Assembly: GCA_035531595.1 (NCBI GenBank)
Contig: DATKSN010000001.1
Span: forward strand, 40,533 to 104,532
Origin: Pirellulales bacterium
Lineage (GTDB): Bacteria; Planctomycetota; Planctomycetia; Pirellulales; JAICIG01
Length of the DNA: 64,000 nucleotides
Direction of reading: 5' to 3'
Positions 9,862 to 20,142 of the stretch are shown in pieces. A program made the translations under genes and the position numbers. Position 1 is the first letter of the stretch; each line of letters begins with the position of its first letter. Below the pieces are notes generated by a model. The model was not told the origin of the DNA. It saw nothing but the letters and a program-made list of their open reading frames with translations, and did not search any database.

Positions 9862-9969
9862 CGTAAGGAGCGGCCGATCAATAACTTCGGCACATGAAAC
9901 GGGTCAGGCGCAGGCGGGTCATGCTAGCACTCGCGATTTGCGGAAGTTATTGATCGGCCGCTCCTAACG
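9862..9969. mobile_element. About 108-bp element bounded by inverted repeats (IS/MITE-like remnant)
   Basis: Perfect 23-bp inverted repeat AGGAGCGGCCGATCAATAACTTC (9866-9888) / GAAGTTATTGATCGGCCGCTCCT (9943-9965). Confidence 0.6.
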
Positions 9970-10123
9970 GTACAGGCTTTGCGATGGATGACAATTGATG
10001 GTTCACCGTGTAAGCCCAAATGAAATAAACAGTTGCGACAAACACCATCGTACCCCCCCAATAGTGCATAGTCGCTGCGGACGCTGAAATGCGCGACTTC
10101 AAGTAGTTGGTTCATCCAGCGGC

Positions 10124-11617
10124 CTACGATTGGCTTGGTTTTTCGTGGTTGACGGGATCCCCCCAAGCCCAATTACCCACCGCGACGACGACTCCGGCCG
10201 CGAGCACCCACAGGGCTTCGGGCGTGCCTTTGTCCAAAGCATGTCTCAAACTGGACCATTCCATCCAGCCGCAGGCCGCGCAAAACGCCAGTGGCGTGAG
10301 CGGGTAAAGCGGAACGCGGAACGGACGCGGGATATTCGGCTCGCGCCGGCGCAGCCAGATGAGCGAACTGCCGACCAGCAGCAGGAACGCCCAGAACAGG
10401 GGGAGGGCGAAGTTGACCATCTTCTCGAAGGCACCCCTGTCCAAGCCCTGCTCGAAGGCATCCGCGCCAAAACCCTGCGCCGACAGACCGAAATAGAGCA
10501 CGACCGCCAAGGTGATCGCGCCCTGCAAGGCCAGCGACCAGGCCGGCGTGCCGAGCCGCCGGCTCCAACAGCCCAGCAGGCTAAACAAGCGGTGCTCGGC
10601 GCCCATCGCGTAGTAGATCCGGCCGCCGGTGAAGATCATGCCGTTCATGGCCCCCAGCGCCGAAATCGCCACCAGCGCGCTGACCGCCTTGGCGCCCCAG
10701 GGCCAGGCCAGTTTCGTCACGTCGGCCGCGACGACCTTGGCCTGCCTTGTCCCATCGAGCCCCAGCGCGCGCAGAAAAGCGATGTTCAAAAGCAAGTAGA
10801 TCAGCGTGACGATGGCCGTGCCCAAGAGTAATGCCCGCAGGATGTTCCTTTCGGGGTCGCGGACCTCGGCGCCCACATAGGCCATGTCGTTCCAGCCGCC
10901 GTAGGCGTAAAGGATCAAGATCATCGCAAAGGCCCAATCCGCCTTGAACGGACGAGGGCCTTCCTCTTGAGTCTGTTCATCGGCGGTATTCCTCGGCGAT
11001 CCGACGGATTGGGGTTCTGGTGTGGCACTGGGTGCGCGCACGGTGGGCGCAGGGGCCACATGCGACACGCCAATGGCGACCACGATGAGCAGCCCCGCGA
11101 CCTTGGCCGCCGTCAGCACGTTTTGCGTCCACTTGCCTGTCGTCACGCCGACGATGTTGACCAGAGTCAGAACACCGACCGCGACCGCGGCGTAGAATAC
11201 CGGCGCATGCCGGCCGAGATCGACCAGTTCGCCGGCGTAATCCGCGAAAACGAAGGCCATGCCGCCAATCGAACCGGGCCGGATGACCCAGAGTTCACAC
11301 CACGCGAACAGGAACCCGACGGGGCGACCGTAAGCCCGCGTCAGGAAGGCGTAATCGCCTCCTTCCCGTGGCAGCGCGGTCGCCAACTCGGCGTAACAAA
11401 GCGAACCGACCAGAGCGAACAGCCCGCCGGCCAGCCAAACCGCCAGCAGCGCCGTGGGAGTCGGAACGCAGCCCGCGATCATGGGCGCCGTCTTATAGAT
11501 GCCTGAACCGATGATGATGCCCACGATGATCGACGTGGTGTCGAACAGCGTCAGTCGCCGTTGCGGCGAGGCGGCGTCAAGGGGAGTTGATCTGTTGGGG
11601 CTGCTGATGTTCGGCAT
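10124..11617 (-). CDS. APC family amino acid permease
   Basis: IIVGIIIGSGIY, LCYAELATALPREGGDYAFL, YAYGGWND, RPFRVPLYP; multiple TM helices. Confidence 0.9.
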   Translation of the reverse strand: MPNISSPNRSTPLDAASPQRRLTLFDTTSIIVGIIIGSGIYKTAPMIAGCVPTPTALLAVWLAGGLFALVGSLCYAELATALPREGGDYAFLTRAYGRPVGFLFAWCELWVIRPGSIGGMAFVFADYAGELVDLGRHAPVFYAAVAVGVLTLVNIVGVTTGKWTQNVLTAAKVAGLLIVVAIGVSHVAPAPTVRAPSATPEPQSVGSPRNTADEQTQEEGPRPFKADWAFAMILILYAYGGWNDMAYVGAEVRDPERNILRALLLGTAIVTLIYLLLNIAFLRALGLDGTRQAKVVAADVTKLAWPWGAKAVSALVAISALGAMNGMIFTGGRIYYAMGAEHRLFSLLGCWSRRLGTPAWSLALQGAITLAVVLYFGLSAQGFGADAFEQGLDRGAFEKMVNFALPLFWAFLLLVGSSLIWLRRREPNIPRPFRVPLYPLTPLAFCAACGWMEWSSLRHALDKGTPEALWVLAAGVVVAVGNWAWGDPVNHEKPSQS

Positions 11618-11777
11618 GGTTCACGCCCGCCTTGCGGAATTTCATATGCTCCGCGTCGGCACCATGCTTCCGCGCATCGCGGAGCACATCGCCACGAAGC
11701 ATTCCATCCACGGGGTGGCCCTTGGCGTAAAAGCCCAACCCTTCTAACTGCCTGATGTAGTTGGACTGCATGGTCAC
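11577..11777 (-). CDS. Small ORF translationally coupled to hsdR (possible gene remnant)
   Basis: ATGA overlap with the hsdR stop; 66 aa; overlaps the permease start by 41 nt; no family recognised. Confidence 0.3.
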   Translation of the reverse strand: MTMQSNYIRQLEGLGFYAKGHPVDGMLRGDVLRDARKHGADAEHMKFRKAGVNHAEHQQPQQINSP

Positions 11778-14704
11778 GCCGCGTCGCCCTCGTAGGTTGC
11801 CGCGAACACCATGTCAGCCAGCCACTTCTTGAAGGAGGGGTTGTCGCTGAACTGCTTGAACAACTCCGTCTGGTCGTTCAGCAGGTCGGTCATGACGCGG
11901 GCCAATGCCTTGTCGTGCTCGATGCGGGCGTTCTGCTTGTCGGGGTTCTTTTTCGCGTTCTGGTACGCCTTGTCGGCCGCCACCTTGGGCGGTATCTCCT
12001 CTGCGATTACCTGGCGGATCTTGTCGATGTCGTTCCATTCGATGTTACCAAACTGCTCGTTGAACGATTGCAGGATCGTGCTCAATCGGTCCAAATGCGG
12101 CTCGGGCCTTTCGCCGCCGCCGCCAAACGGCGCCGGGTCGAGCGTCGCATTCTCGTCGGGCAATGAAATCCGCATCTGGGCCTGCAGTTCGACGCGGTAG
12201 CTATCCATGTCGATCGACTCGAGGATCCCCTTGGACAGATCGTCCTCCTTCGGCGCCGGCAACTTGGGAACCAGGAACTGAAGAAACGTCGCCAGGTACT
12301 CCCAGTCGAGAAACGTGTAACGCAAGACGGCCGCCAGAAAGTTGTACGTCCGCACGAAGGTCTTGGCCTTTCCCTTGAATTGGACCTGGCCTTCCTCATC
12401 CAGATCCGCAAGGTACTTCGCCACGGCCGCGTCGAGAATCGGGTCGAGTTGGTCGCGGTCGGCGCCCGACACGAATAGCCGCGTGAGTTGCTCGGCGTCG
12501 GCCGGCGAATAGACCTGGTAGCCGTCCAGATCGGTCTTGAGCGCGTGGAGCTTGTTCGGGTCGGTCTCCTTGCTTAGGATCGTCGTCCGGTAGTATTTCG
12601 CAAACGCGCTTTGCATCGTGTCGGCGTCGTTGACGAAGTCGAGCACGAAGACGTCGTGTTTCTGCGGGTGGGCGCGGTTCAGCCGCGAGAGGGTCTGCAC
12701 GGCCTTGATGTCCGACAACACCTTGTCGACGTACATCGTGTGGAGCAAAGGTTCGTCGAAGCCGGTCTGGAACTTTTCGGCCACGATCAGGAACCGGTAG
12801 GGATCTTTGCGGAAGTTATCGGGAATCTTCGAGCTTGGGAACCCGTTCATCTTGGCCTCGTCGACGTTCTTTTCGCCGCCGAACTCGTGCTCGCCGGAAA
12901 AGGCGACGATCGCCTTGAAGGGGCTCTTGAGTTCGCGTAAGTACGCGTCGAAGGCCACCTTGTATTGCATCGCGCCGGCAATTCCGTTGGCCACGACCAT
13001 GGCGCGCGCATGGCCGCCGACCTTTCGCTTCTTAACCACCTGCTCGTGGAAATGGTCGATCATGATCTCGGCCTTTTCTCGAATCGCGTGCTCGTGCGAC
13101 TCGACGTACCGCCTGAGCTTTTTTTGGGCCTTCCGCGTGTCGAACTCCGGATCGTCCTCGATCGCCTTCACGAGACGATAGTAGCTGTCCACCGGCGTGT
13201 AGCACTTCAGGACGTCCATGATGAAGCCCTCCTGCATGGCCTGCTTCATCGTGTAGGAATGAAACGGGTCGAACGAGCCGTCGGCCCGCTTCTCGCCGAA
13301 CAATTCCAGCGTCTTGGGCTTCGGGGTCGCGGTGAAGGCGAAGTAACTCGCGTTGGGGAGCATCCTGCGCGACTCCATGATGCGGTTGATCTGGTCCTCG
13401 ATCGTTTCCTGCTCGTCTTCGCCCCCTTCGGCCAGTGCCGAGTGCATCTTGGCCGCCACTCGGCCTCCCTGGCTCGAATGGGCCTCGTCGATGATGATCG
13501 CAAACTTGCGTCCACGGTGCTCGTCGCCGATGTCGTCGAGGATGTAAGGGAACTTCTGGACCGTCGTGATGATAACCTTCTTCCCGCTCTCGATGAAGCG
13601 GCGCAGGTCGCCGGAATGATCGGCGTGGCCCACCGTGGCGCCGACCTGGGCGAATTGCTTGATCGTGTCGTGGATCTGCTTGTCGAGCACGCGCCGATCC
13701 GTGACGACGATGATCGAGTCGAATACCTCCGCGCCTTCCTTGCGCAGGCCGATGAGCTGATGGGCAAGCCAGGCGATCGAGTTCGATTTGCCGCTGCCGG
13801 GCGAGTGCTCGATGAGGTAGCGGTGTCCGGCCCCCCGGTCCCCGGCGTCGTCGAGCAGGCGCCGTACAACGTCGAGCTGGTGGTAGCGTGGAAAGATCTG
13901 CATCCGCTTTTTGCGCCCCGTCTCGTCGTCCGTCACTTCGACCACCTGGGCGTAATTCTCGACGATTTCGGTCAGGCCGCGCGGCGTCAGGATCTTCTTC
14001 CAGAGATAGTCAGTCTTGATGCCGAACGGATTGGGTGGGTTGCCCGCCCCGTCGTTCCAACCCTGGTTGAAGGGCAGGAACCACGACGCCTTGCCCTTCA
14101 ACTCGGTACACATCCGCACTTCCTGATCGTCGACCGCGAAATGCACCATGCAGCGACCAAACTGAAAGATCAGCTCGCGCGGGTCGCGGTCGCGCTTGTA
14201 TTGCTCCTCGGCGTCGGCCGCCGTCTGCTTGGTCAGGCTGTTCTTCAGTTCGAACGTGGCCACCGGCAGGCCGTTGATGAACAGGCACACATCGAGCGAA
14301 CGCTGCGTCTCGTCGCGACTGTAACGGAGCTGCCTGGTGACGGAAAAGCGGTTGGCTGCAAACGCTTCGGCCGCTTTCGAGTTGCCCGGCGATGGGGTGT
14401 TGTAGAACATCTCCAGCGAGTGCTTTTCGTGATTCAGCGGGCTGCGCAGAACGTGAATCACCCCTCTCTTCGCGATCTCGCCCTGCAGGCGAGCGAGGAA
14501 CCTGCGCCGCGTGGGACCATCGTGGTCCAGGTCGAGCGCGAGTGCCACGTCTTTCTGTGTGGCGAGCAAGAAGGCGCGGAACTGGGCGAGGTCGACGGCG
14601 TATTCGCGGTCGTAGTCGTTCGGATTGCCCGCCAGCCAGCCGCCGACGGTCATCGCCGCGACAATGATCGTTTCCAGTCCCTTTTCGCTGGTATCGGTCG
14701 TCAT
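11774..14704 (-). CDS. hsdR: Type I restriction enzyme R subunit
   Basis: MTTDTSEKGLE start; LFINGLPVATFELKN nuclease motif, HSPGSGKS, IIDEAHSSQ, FTATPK, KFQTGFDEP, QTLSRLNR. Confidence 0.95.
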   Translation of the reverse strand: MTTDTSEKGLETIIVAAMTVGGWLAGNPNDYDREYAVDLAQFRAFLLATQKDVALALDLDHDGPTRRRFLARLQGEIAKRGVIHVLRSPLNHEKHSLEMFYNTPSPGNSKAAEAFAANRFSVTRQLRYSRDETQRSLDVCLFINGLPVATFELKNSLTKQTAADAEEQYKRDRDPRELIFQFGRCMVHFAVDDQEVRMCTELKGKASWFLPFNQGWNDGAGNPPNPFGIKTDYLWKKILTPRGLTEIVENYAQVVEVTDDETGRKKRMQIFPRYHQLDVVRRLLDDAGDRGAGHRYLIEHSPGSGKSNSIAWLAHQLIGLRKEGAEVFDSIIVVTDRRVLDKQIHDTIKQFAQVGATVGHADHSGDLRRFIESGKKVIITTVQKFPYILDDIGDEHRGRKFAIIIDEAHSSQGGRVAAKMHSALAEGGEDEQETIEDQINRIMESRRMLPNASYFAFTATPKPKTLELFGEKRADGSFDPFHSYTMKQAMQEGFIMDVLKCYTPVDSYYRLVKAIEDDPEFDTRKAQKKLRRYVESHEHAIREKAEIMIDHFHEQVVKKRKVGGHARAMVVANGIAGAMQYKVAFDAYLRELKSPFKAIVAFSGEHEFGGEKNVDEAKMNGFPSSKIPDNFRKDPYRFLIVAEKFQTGFDEPLLHTMYVDKVLSDIKAVQTLSRLNRAHPQKHDVFVLDFVNDADTMQSAFAKYYRTTILSKETDPNKLHALKTDLDGYQVYSPADAEQLTRLFVSGADRDQLDPILDAAVAKYLADLDEEGQVQFKGKAKTFVRTYNFLAAVLRYTFLDWEYLATFLQFLVPKLPAPKEDDLSKGILESIDMDSYRVELQAQMRISLPDENATLDPAPFGGGGERPEPHLDRLSTILQSFNEQFGNIEWNDIDKIRQVIAEEIPPKVAADKAYQNAKKNPDKQNARIEHDKALARVMTDLLNDQTELFKQFSDNPSFKKWLADMVFAATYEGDAA

Positions 14705-14991
14705 AAGTTGTTCCCAAGCACGCGCTGGCAACGCGCGAAACTGGGCAGATGTTGCCGTAGCTCCGGCGGGCTCAACCGCGGCAGGATCTCGAACGATCTT
14801 TTCCCTTTCGCGTAACGGTTTCCGCAGCTCCGAGTGGCTTGGACCAAAGCCCCGCGGCCTCCGCAGGCCACCAATCGGGGCATCCGGCCGCTGAAACCAC
14901 AATTCTCCAACAGCCGCCGAAAGCCCTGGCGGCAGCGAGCGTGAAGCTCTTTGGAATCACCGCCCCCTTCGATGTAAATCTTCGCGCTCAC
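14701..14991 (-). pseudogene. DUF4276 family gene with apparent in-frame internal deletion
   Basis: GTG start coupled to the ATPase stop; N-terminal KIYIEGGGD...RLVACGGRG joins directly to C-terminal YAKGKRSFEIL...PSFARC; only 96 aa. Confidence 0.65.
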
Positions 14992-16157
14992 CAGCGTGTG
15001 CCTCCAATCTCGCCGCGCATCCAAAGCTGCCCCAGCCGGTATTTGGCCAGCCACTGCTGCATTTCATTGGTGGCTTCGAGTCGCTTGGCTTGGGTCTTGC
15101 CGTCGTGCTTTTCAACGACGACCACGGATTCCGGCCGATCCGTCATGGCGTCCACCAGCATGTCGGAATGCGTCGTCACGATCAACTGGGTCCGTTCGGA
15201 TGCCGCCACGAGCAAGTCGGCTATTTTGGGAAGCATGTCGGGGTGAAGTCCAAGTTCAGGCTCCTCGATACAGACGAGCGCCGGCGGGTCGGGATCGCAT
15301 AGAATCGCCAGCAGGCACAAGTACCTCAACGTGCCGTCCGACAGGCGACTGGCCGGGATGACGAAGTCGCCTTCGGTGAGGAAGACCTCGACCGTCCCTC
15401 CTTTGACCCGCACGTCGAAGTCGTCCAGCCCCTGGTACAAATCGCGCAAGTGCCCGATGATGGTGTTCTTGGCCTTGGGCACGCCGCGCAGATAATTGAG
15501 GAACAGCCCGAGGTTCGAGAAATCCTCTTCCAGCCGATCGCTCGGCAGGTCGGCCGACTGCGGGCTACGGAACACCGACGAGCGGCCGAACGACCATTCG
15601 CGATACAGCCTGATTTTGCCATACACATCGGCCAGGTGCGCGAGCTCGGGGTATTGGTCCGGTTCCTTTCGCTGCGACAGAATCGACGCGTCCGGGGCGA
15701 CGTCTTCGCGTCGTAACTGACGCCTCCCTCCGTCGCGAACCGCAAGGGCCGGCCCATCTTGCAACCGATAAAAGAAGGACGGCCCGTCATGGGCCGGATC
15801 GGGCCGGCGGTTCTCGATCACTTCGTCGACCAGTTCAAAGCGCGACGCCTTCTCGGTGAATTCGAACCTGTGCCGAATGGATTGCTGGCCTGTCGGGTAA
15901 TCAATGACGGCCTCGATCTTTGCATGACCGTTGTTCGCCCCCTTCCATATCCACTCCTTGACGCCGCCGCCGCCGGGTCCGCGGATCGGCGCCATGAGCC
16001 TGTCGGCCGTGGAACGGAGCAGACCTACCGCTTCCACCAGATTCGACTTGCCGGAGCCGTTCGGACCGATCAGCAGGTTGAGCGGCTCCAATGGCAGCGG
16101 CGGTGAGTCTGGGCCGAACGACAGCACGCCGCGCAGCGTTAGTTCGTGGATGAGCAT
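14988..16157 (-). CDS. AAA_21/ABC-type ATPase
   Basis: LIGPNGSGKSNLVEA, signature RLSDGTLRYL, Walker B CIEEPELGLHP, H-loop VTTHS. Confidence 0.9.
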   Translation of the reverse strand: MLIHELTLRGVLSFGPDSPPLPLEPLNLLIGPNGSGKSNLVEAVGLLRSTADRLMAPIRGPGGGGVKEWIWKGANNGHAKIEAVIDYPTGQQSIRHRFEFTEKASRFELVDEVIENRRPDPAHDGPSFFYRLQDGPALAVRDGGRRQLRREDVAPDASILSQRKEPDQYPELAHLADVYGKIRLYREWSFGRSSVFRSPQSADLPSDRLEEDFSNLGLFLNYLRGVPKAKNTIIGHLRDLYQGLDDFDVRVKGGTVEVFLTEGDFVIPASRLSDGTLRYLCLLAILCDPDPPALVCIEEPELGLHPDMLPKIADLLVAASERTQLIVTTHSDMLVDAMTDRPESVVVVEKHDGKTQAKRLEATNEMQQWLAKYRLGQLWMRGEIGGTRW

Positions 16158-16183
16158 GAACGAATCTCCATATAGCTGGCTGC

Positions 16184-17599
16184 TTACAAGTCGTTACTCG
16201 GCCTCGGCCAACTCCCGACCAGGCCCGAGTCATCTACGCGCACCTCGGCGTCGTCCTCCGGGTCAAAAGCCTCGACGTCGAAGGAGTCGCAACCGACTTC
16301 GGCCACGGGAGGCAACTGACTTCCGGCGGCGCGCACGTCGAGATTGCCCGTCACCACGTCCGACGAGAGCCGCGCCCGGTATTCCAGCAGCAAGCCGATC
16401 TCGCGCTCTGAGCGGCGGATTGCGTTATTCAGGCCGGCTAGTTTCAAGTCTAGGCGCGTCATGATCTGCTCTTGTTCTTGGACCGGAGGAACGGGCATCC
16501 TAATATTGTAAAAATCGTCCGTGTACAGGCGCCAGAACCCCTGAACGATACCTTTTGCTCGCTGGCGCAGCTCTACCCGACAAGCTGGAGTCCGGTAGAC
16601 AGCTTCAAAGTAATGCGGTTCCATTGCACGGGTTTGTCGAAAAACGGTGTAGTCCGGACTGACGAGTCCGCGTTGGGATGCCAACGCGAAGACGCCTAGG
16701 TGAGCCTTGAGGCGATTGAGAACCAGGTCACCCTTTTCGCAAAGCTTCGCGCCCACATAGGACTGTGAAACGAGGCGATTCTCCTCAATTGCCGACCTTG
16801 GAATGAGACCGAGCCTTTGACTCATTGAAAGGTGTGTCTCCTCGCCGGTAGCCGAGCGCTCATCGACTTCACGGAAGATGTATTTGGAGCGAAGAACCTC
16901 CCAATGCTTCGGGATCTCGCCGAGCCAGGGAATGTCGGAGGTCTTCAGAGGGACGGACGGGGCGAGCCCACGCGTAACTCCGCATTGGATGATGGCCTGC
17001 TTTTGCTCGTTAAGCAGCGCGATCAGCTTCTGCTTCGCCCGGATCGCACCGTCCATCCGGCCGTTCGCGTGGCATAAAAACCGCACTATCGCGGCTTGTT
17101 CGTCGGGTGGCGGGATGCAAATCCGCAGACTTCCGACGAATTGCCAATCTGCGCGCGGCATCTTTGCTCCAAACGTGGAACCGTTGACAACATCAATTGC
17201 AGGCTTCGATCGCAGCAGTTGTTCCAAGTAGGACTGAAGCAGTTCCGTCGAGCGGGTACGGAGGACGAAGAACTCTCCAACGCAAACTCCACGCTGTGGC
17301 AGCCGCGTCACCTTTGCAAGATAGGGACGTAATTTCCCAAACAAAACATCGCCAGGCGCGAATCGCTTCACCTGACCGGTGAAGAGCGCCCCTGCAGTAA
17401 TAGGGCGAACACGCCCCGTCCAGCTTTCAACGTGTTCCAACGCGACGTAGACGTCGCCAACCTCCGTCTCGCTGGTCTGCTCAACGACGTTCGCGACTGA
17501 GGACTTGAGCCGCCGCAGTTCCCAATGGCCTGGAACTCGCCCCAGCCACGCCTGGCCCGAGTCTTTGTTTTCCGCGTAGGGCTGAAGCGCGTCGATCAT
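16184..17599 (-). CDS. hsdS: Type I R-M specificity subunit
   Basis: Two TRDs, each followed by a conserved helix (PPPDEQAAIVRFL, PPVQEQEQI); KQKLIALLNEQKQAII; VTGNLDV. Confidence 0.93.
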   Translation of the reverse strand: MIDALQPYAENKDSGQAWLGRVPGHWELRRLKSSVANVVEQTSETEVGDVYVALEHVESWTGRVRPITAGALFTGQVKRFAPGDVLFGKLRPYLAKVTRLPQRGVCVGEFFVLRTRSTELLQSYLEQLLRSKPAIDVVNGSTFGAKMPRADWQFVGSLRICIPPPDEQAAIVRFLCHANGRMDGAIRAKQKLIALLNEQKQAIIQCGVTRGLAPSVPLKTSDIPWLGEIPKHWEVLRSKYIFREVDERSATGEETHLSMSQRLGLIPRSAIEENRLVSQSYVGAKLCEKGDLVLNRLKAHLGVFALASQRGLVSPDYTVFRQTRAMEPHYFEAVYRTPACRVELRQRAKGIVQGFWRLYTDDFYNIRMPVPPVQEQEQIMTRLDLKLAGLNNAIRRSEREIGLLLEYRARLSSDVVTGNLDVRAAGSQLPPVAEVGCDSFDVEAFDPEDDAEVRVDDSGLVGSWPRPSNDL

Positions 17600-19941
17600 G
17601 CTCGGCTTCCCCCCACTATCTCGGCAACCAGCCCCTCCGACTCCCTTTCCACCGCCAGAATGTCGGCGCGGATCTCATCCAGCGTGCGCAGCGCCTGCGG
17701 CTTGTAGAAATGGCGAGTGAAGCTGATCTCGTAGCCGATGCGGGTCTTGGTCTCGTCGAGCCAAGCGTCCGGAGCGTAGGGCAGCACTTCACGCCGGAGA
17801 TAGGCTTCGACGCCTCCCTCTTCGACAAGCGGCACCTGCTCGGTGTCGCGGATGTCGCTGTCGGGTTCGTACTCCAGTACGCATTTCTTGCCGTTGACGG
17901 TGGCTTCATAAAGTCCGTGCAGCGGGTCGGGCTGCGTCTTGCCGGGCTTATGGACTTTGGCGACGACGGGCGGGGCCGTCTCGACCCGCCAACTTACGGC
18001 CCGCAGCAGAAGCTTCGTTTCGGCGGCACTGAGCTTGTGGCCGAGCTTTTTGAGGGCCAATTCGACCGTCTCGCGGAACAGGTTGTGGTCCTCGAACAAT
18101 TCACCGCCGATTTCTTGCCGCAGGGCGTTGGCGGCGTCGACCAGGCGGCCGTCACGCTCCCAACTCTTCGCGTCGAGCAGTTTCTTCTTCCTCTTTTCCG
18201 ACAGGCGCCTCGTCGCGGGAGCAGTGTCATCGCCATCCTGCTCCTCGTCGTCCGGCTGGCCCCATTCGGCTAGAACTTTCTCCAATTCCGGTTTCACACC
18301 GGCGAAGTCGCGGTACAGCGGGTCGCCCAGCCGCTCGTAGAGTTCGGCCCGGAGGTCTTCGTCGCCTGACGCGTAGCGCAGCGACTCGATTGCCTTGAGC
18401 GCGAGTTGGCTATGCAACCGCAAGGGGTGTTCGACCGTGATCTTCCTGTAGCCGAAGGCGGCGTTAGGGAAAACCTTCGACTGCTCGGTTTCCTCGAAGG
18501 CGAGATACGTGTCGCAAATGCGCTGGATATCGTCGGCCGAGAGCTCGCAGTTTTTCTTGCCCAGGTTCTTGCGGAGCGGCTTGAACCACCCTGAAGCATC
18601 GATAAGCTGGACGTTCCCTTGGCGGTGCGCCGGTTTGCGATTGCTGAGCACCCAGATGTAGGTGGCGATCCCGGTATTGTAGAACATGTTCAACGGCAAG
18701 GCGACGATCGCCTCCAACCAGTCGTTCTCGATGATCCAGCGGCGGATGTTCGATTCGCCCTGACCGGCGTCGCCCGTGAAGAGCGACGAGCCGTTATGCA
18801 CCTCGGCAATCCGGCTCCCCAGGGCCGTTTTGTGCTTCATTTTCGAGAGCATGTTGGCCAGGAACAGCAACTGCCCGTCGCTGGATCTGGTGACCAGCGA
18901 ATACTCGGGGTCGCCGGCGTGCGGGACCACGAAACGCGGATCCTTGATCCCGTCCTTCCCGCCCAAGCGTTCGAGGTCGCTCTTCCAGCTCTTGCCGTAA
19001 GGCGGATTGGAGAGCATGAAGTCGAACTCGCGCGAGGGGAAGGCGTCGTTCGAGAGCGTGGAATGGGCCGGGCCGCCCACGATGTTGTCGGCCTCATACC
19101 CCTCGCCCTTCAAGAGCATGTCGGCCTTGCAGATAGCGTAGGTCTCGGAGTTGATGTCCTGGCCGAAAAGGTGGGTGGCCACCTGCTTGTGGTGCTCGCC
19201 CGCCAGTTGGAGCAGGGTTTCTTCGCCGACTGTCAGCATGCCGCCCGTCCCGCAGGCGCCGTCGTAAATGAGGTACGTGCCTGAGGTGATTTGCTCGGCG
19301 ATGGGGAGGAAGACGAGTTTAGCCATCAGCTTGACCGCGTCGCGGGGCGTCCAGTGCTCGCCGGCCTCCTCGTTGTTCTCTTCGTTGAAGCGGCGCACAA
19401 GCTCCTCGAAGATCGTTCCCATGGCGTGGTTGTCGAGTCCCTCGTGCCTCACCGATCCGTCGTTGTTCAAGACCGGGTTCGGGCTGAGGTTGATCCGCGG
19501 GTCGAGGAGTTTTTCGATCAGCGTTCCCAGCGCGTCGGCCTTCGACAATCGCGGGATCTGGTGGCGGAACTCGAAGCTGTTGAGGATCTCCTGCACGTTG
19601 GGCGAAAAGCCGTCGAGATAAGCTTCAAAATCGGCCTTGAGTTGCTGCTGACTGGCTCGGGCGCGCAGGTCGCGCAGCGTGAAATTCGATTTGTTGTAGA
19701 AGGCTTGTCCGGCCGCCTGGCGAAGGGCTTGCTCCTGGTTTACGATGCCGGCTTTTTCCAAGGCGGCGGCCATGTCCAGCACCGCCTGCTTGCCTCCCTC
19801 CAGCACGGCATCGAGCCGGCGCAAGACCGTCATGGGCAGGATGACGTCGCGGTACTTGCCGCGCACGTAAAGATCGCGGAGCACATCGTCGGCGATGCCC
19901 CAGATGAAGTTGGCGAGCCAACCCAGTTGCGCGTTGTCCAT
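17596..19941 (-). CDS. hsdM: Type I R-M N6-adenine methyltransferase
   Basis: FIWGIADDVLR, AGEHWTPRD, YDGACGTGGML, NPPYG, YEISFTRHFY; start moved to MDNAQ. Confidence 0.95.
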   Translation of the reverse strand: MDNAQLGWLANFIWGIADDVLRDLYVRGKYRDVILPMTVLRRLDAVLEGGKQAVLDMAAALEKAGIVNQEQALRQAAGQAFYNKSNFTLRDLRARASQQQLKADFEAYLDGFSPNVQEILNSFEFRHQIPRLSKADALGTLIEKLLDPRINLSPNPVLNNDGSVRHEGLDNHAMGTIFEELVRRFNEENNEEAGEHWTPRDAVKLMAKLVFLPIAEQITSGTYLIYDGACGTGGMLTVGEETLLQLAGEHHKQVATHLFGQDINSETYAICKADMLLKGEGYEADNIVGGPAHSTLSNDAFPSREFDFMLSNPPYGKSWKSDLERLGGKDGIKDPRFVVPHAGDPEYSLVTRSSDGQLLFLANMLSKMKHKTALGSRIAEVHNGSSLFTGDAGQGESNIRRWIIENDWLEAIVALPLNMFYNTGIATYIWVLSNRKPAHRQGNVQLIDASGWFKPLRKNLGKKNCELSADDIQRICDTYLAFEETEQSKVFPNAAFGYRKITVEHPLRLHSQLALKAIESLRYASGDEDLRAELYERLGDPLYRDFAGVKPELEKVLAEWGQPDDEEQDGDDTAPATRRLSEKRKKKLLDAKSWERDGRLVDAANALRQEIGGELFEDHNLFRETVELALKKLGHKLSAAETKLLLRAVSWRVETAPPVVAKVHKPGKTQPDPLHGLYEATVNGKKCVLEYEPDSDIRDTEQVPLVEEGGVEAYLRREVLPYAPDAWLDETKTRIGYEISFTRHFYKPQALRTLDEIRADILAVERESEGLVAEIVGGSRA

Positions 19942-20142
19942 GTTGACCAATTGCCCTTCTTGAGGGGGCCTCGCCATCCGATTGATTCGTGAAACCGCTC
20001 GCGGCCACGGCCCAGCCGCTCAACCAACCCCGCCGGCGGCTGACCAGCGGTGCTTCAAGTCTAACGGCGGTCACGACGGGTCGCAAATGTGAGTGAGCGA
20101 AATTCAGTCGGCATTGTCGGCGCCGGCAAGTCACGATGTCCG

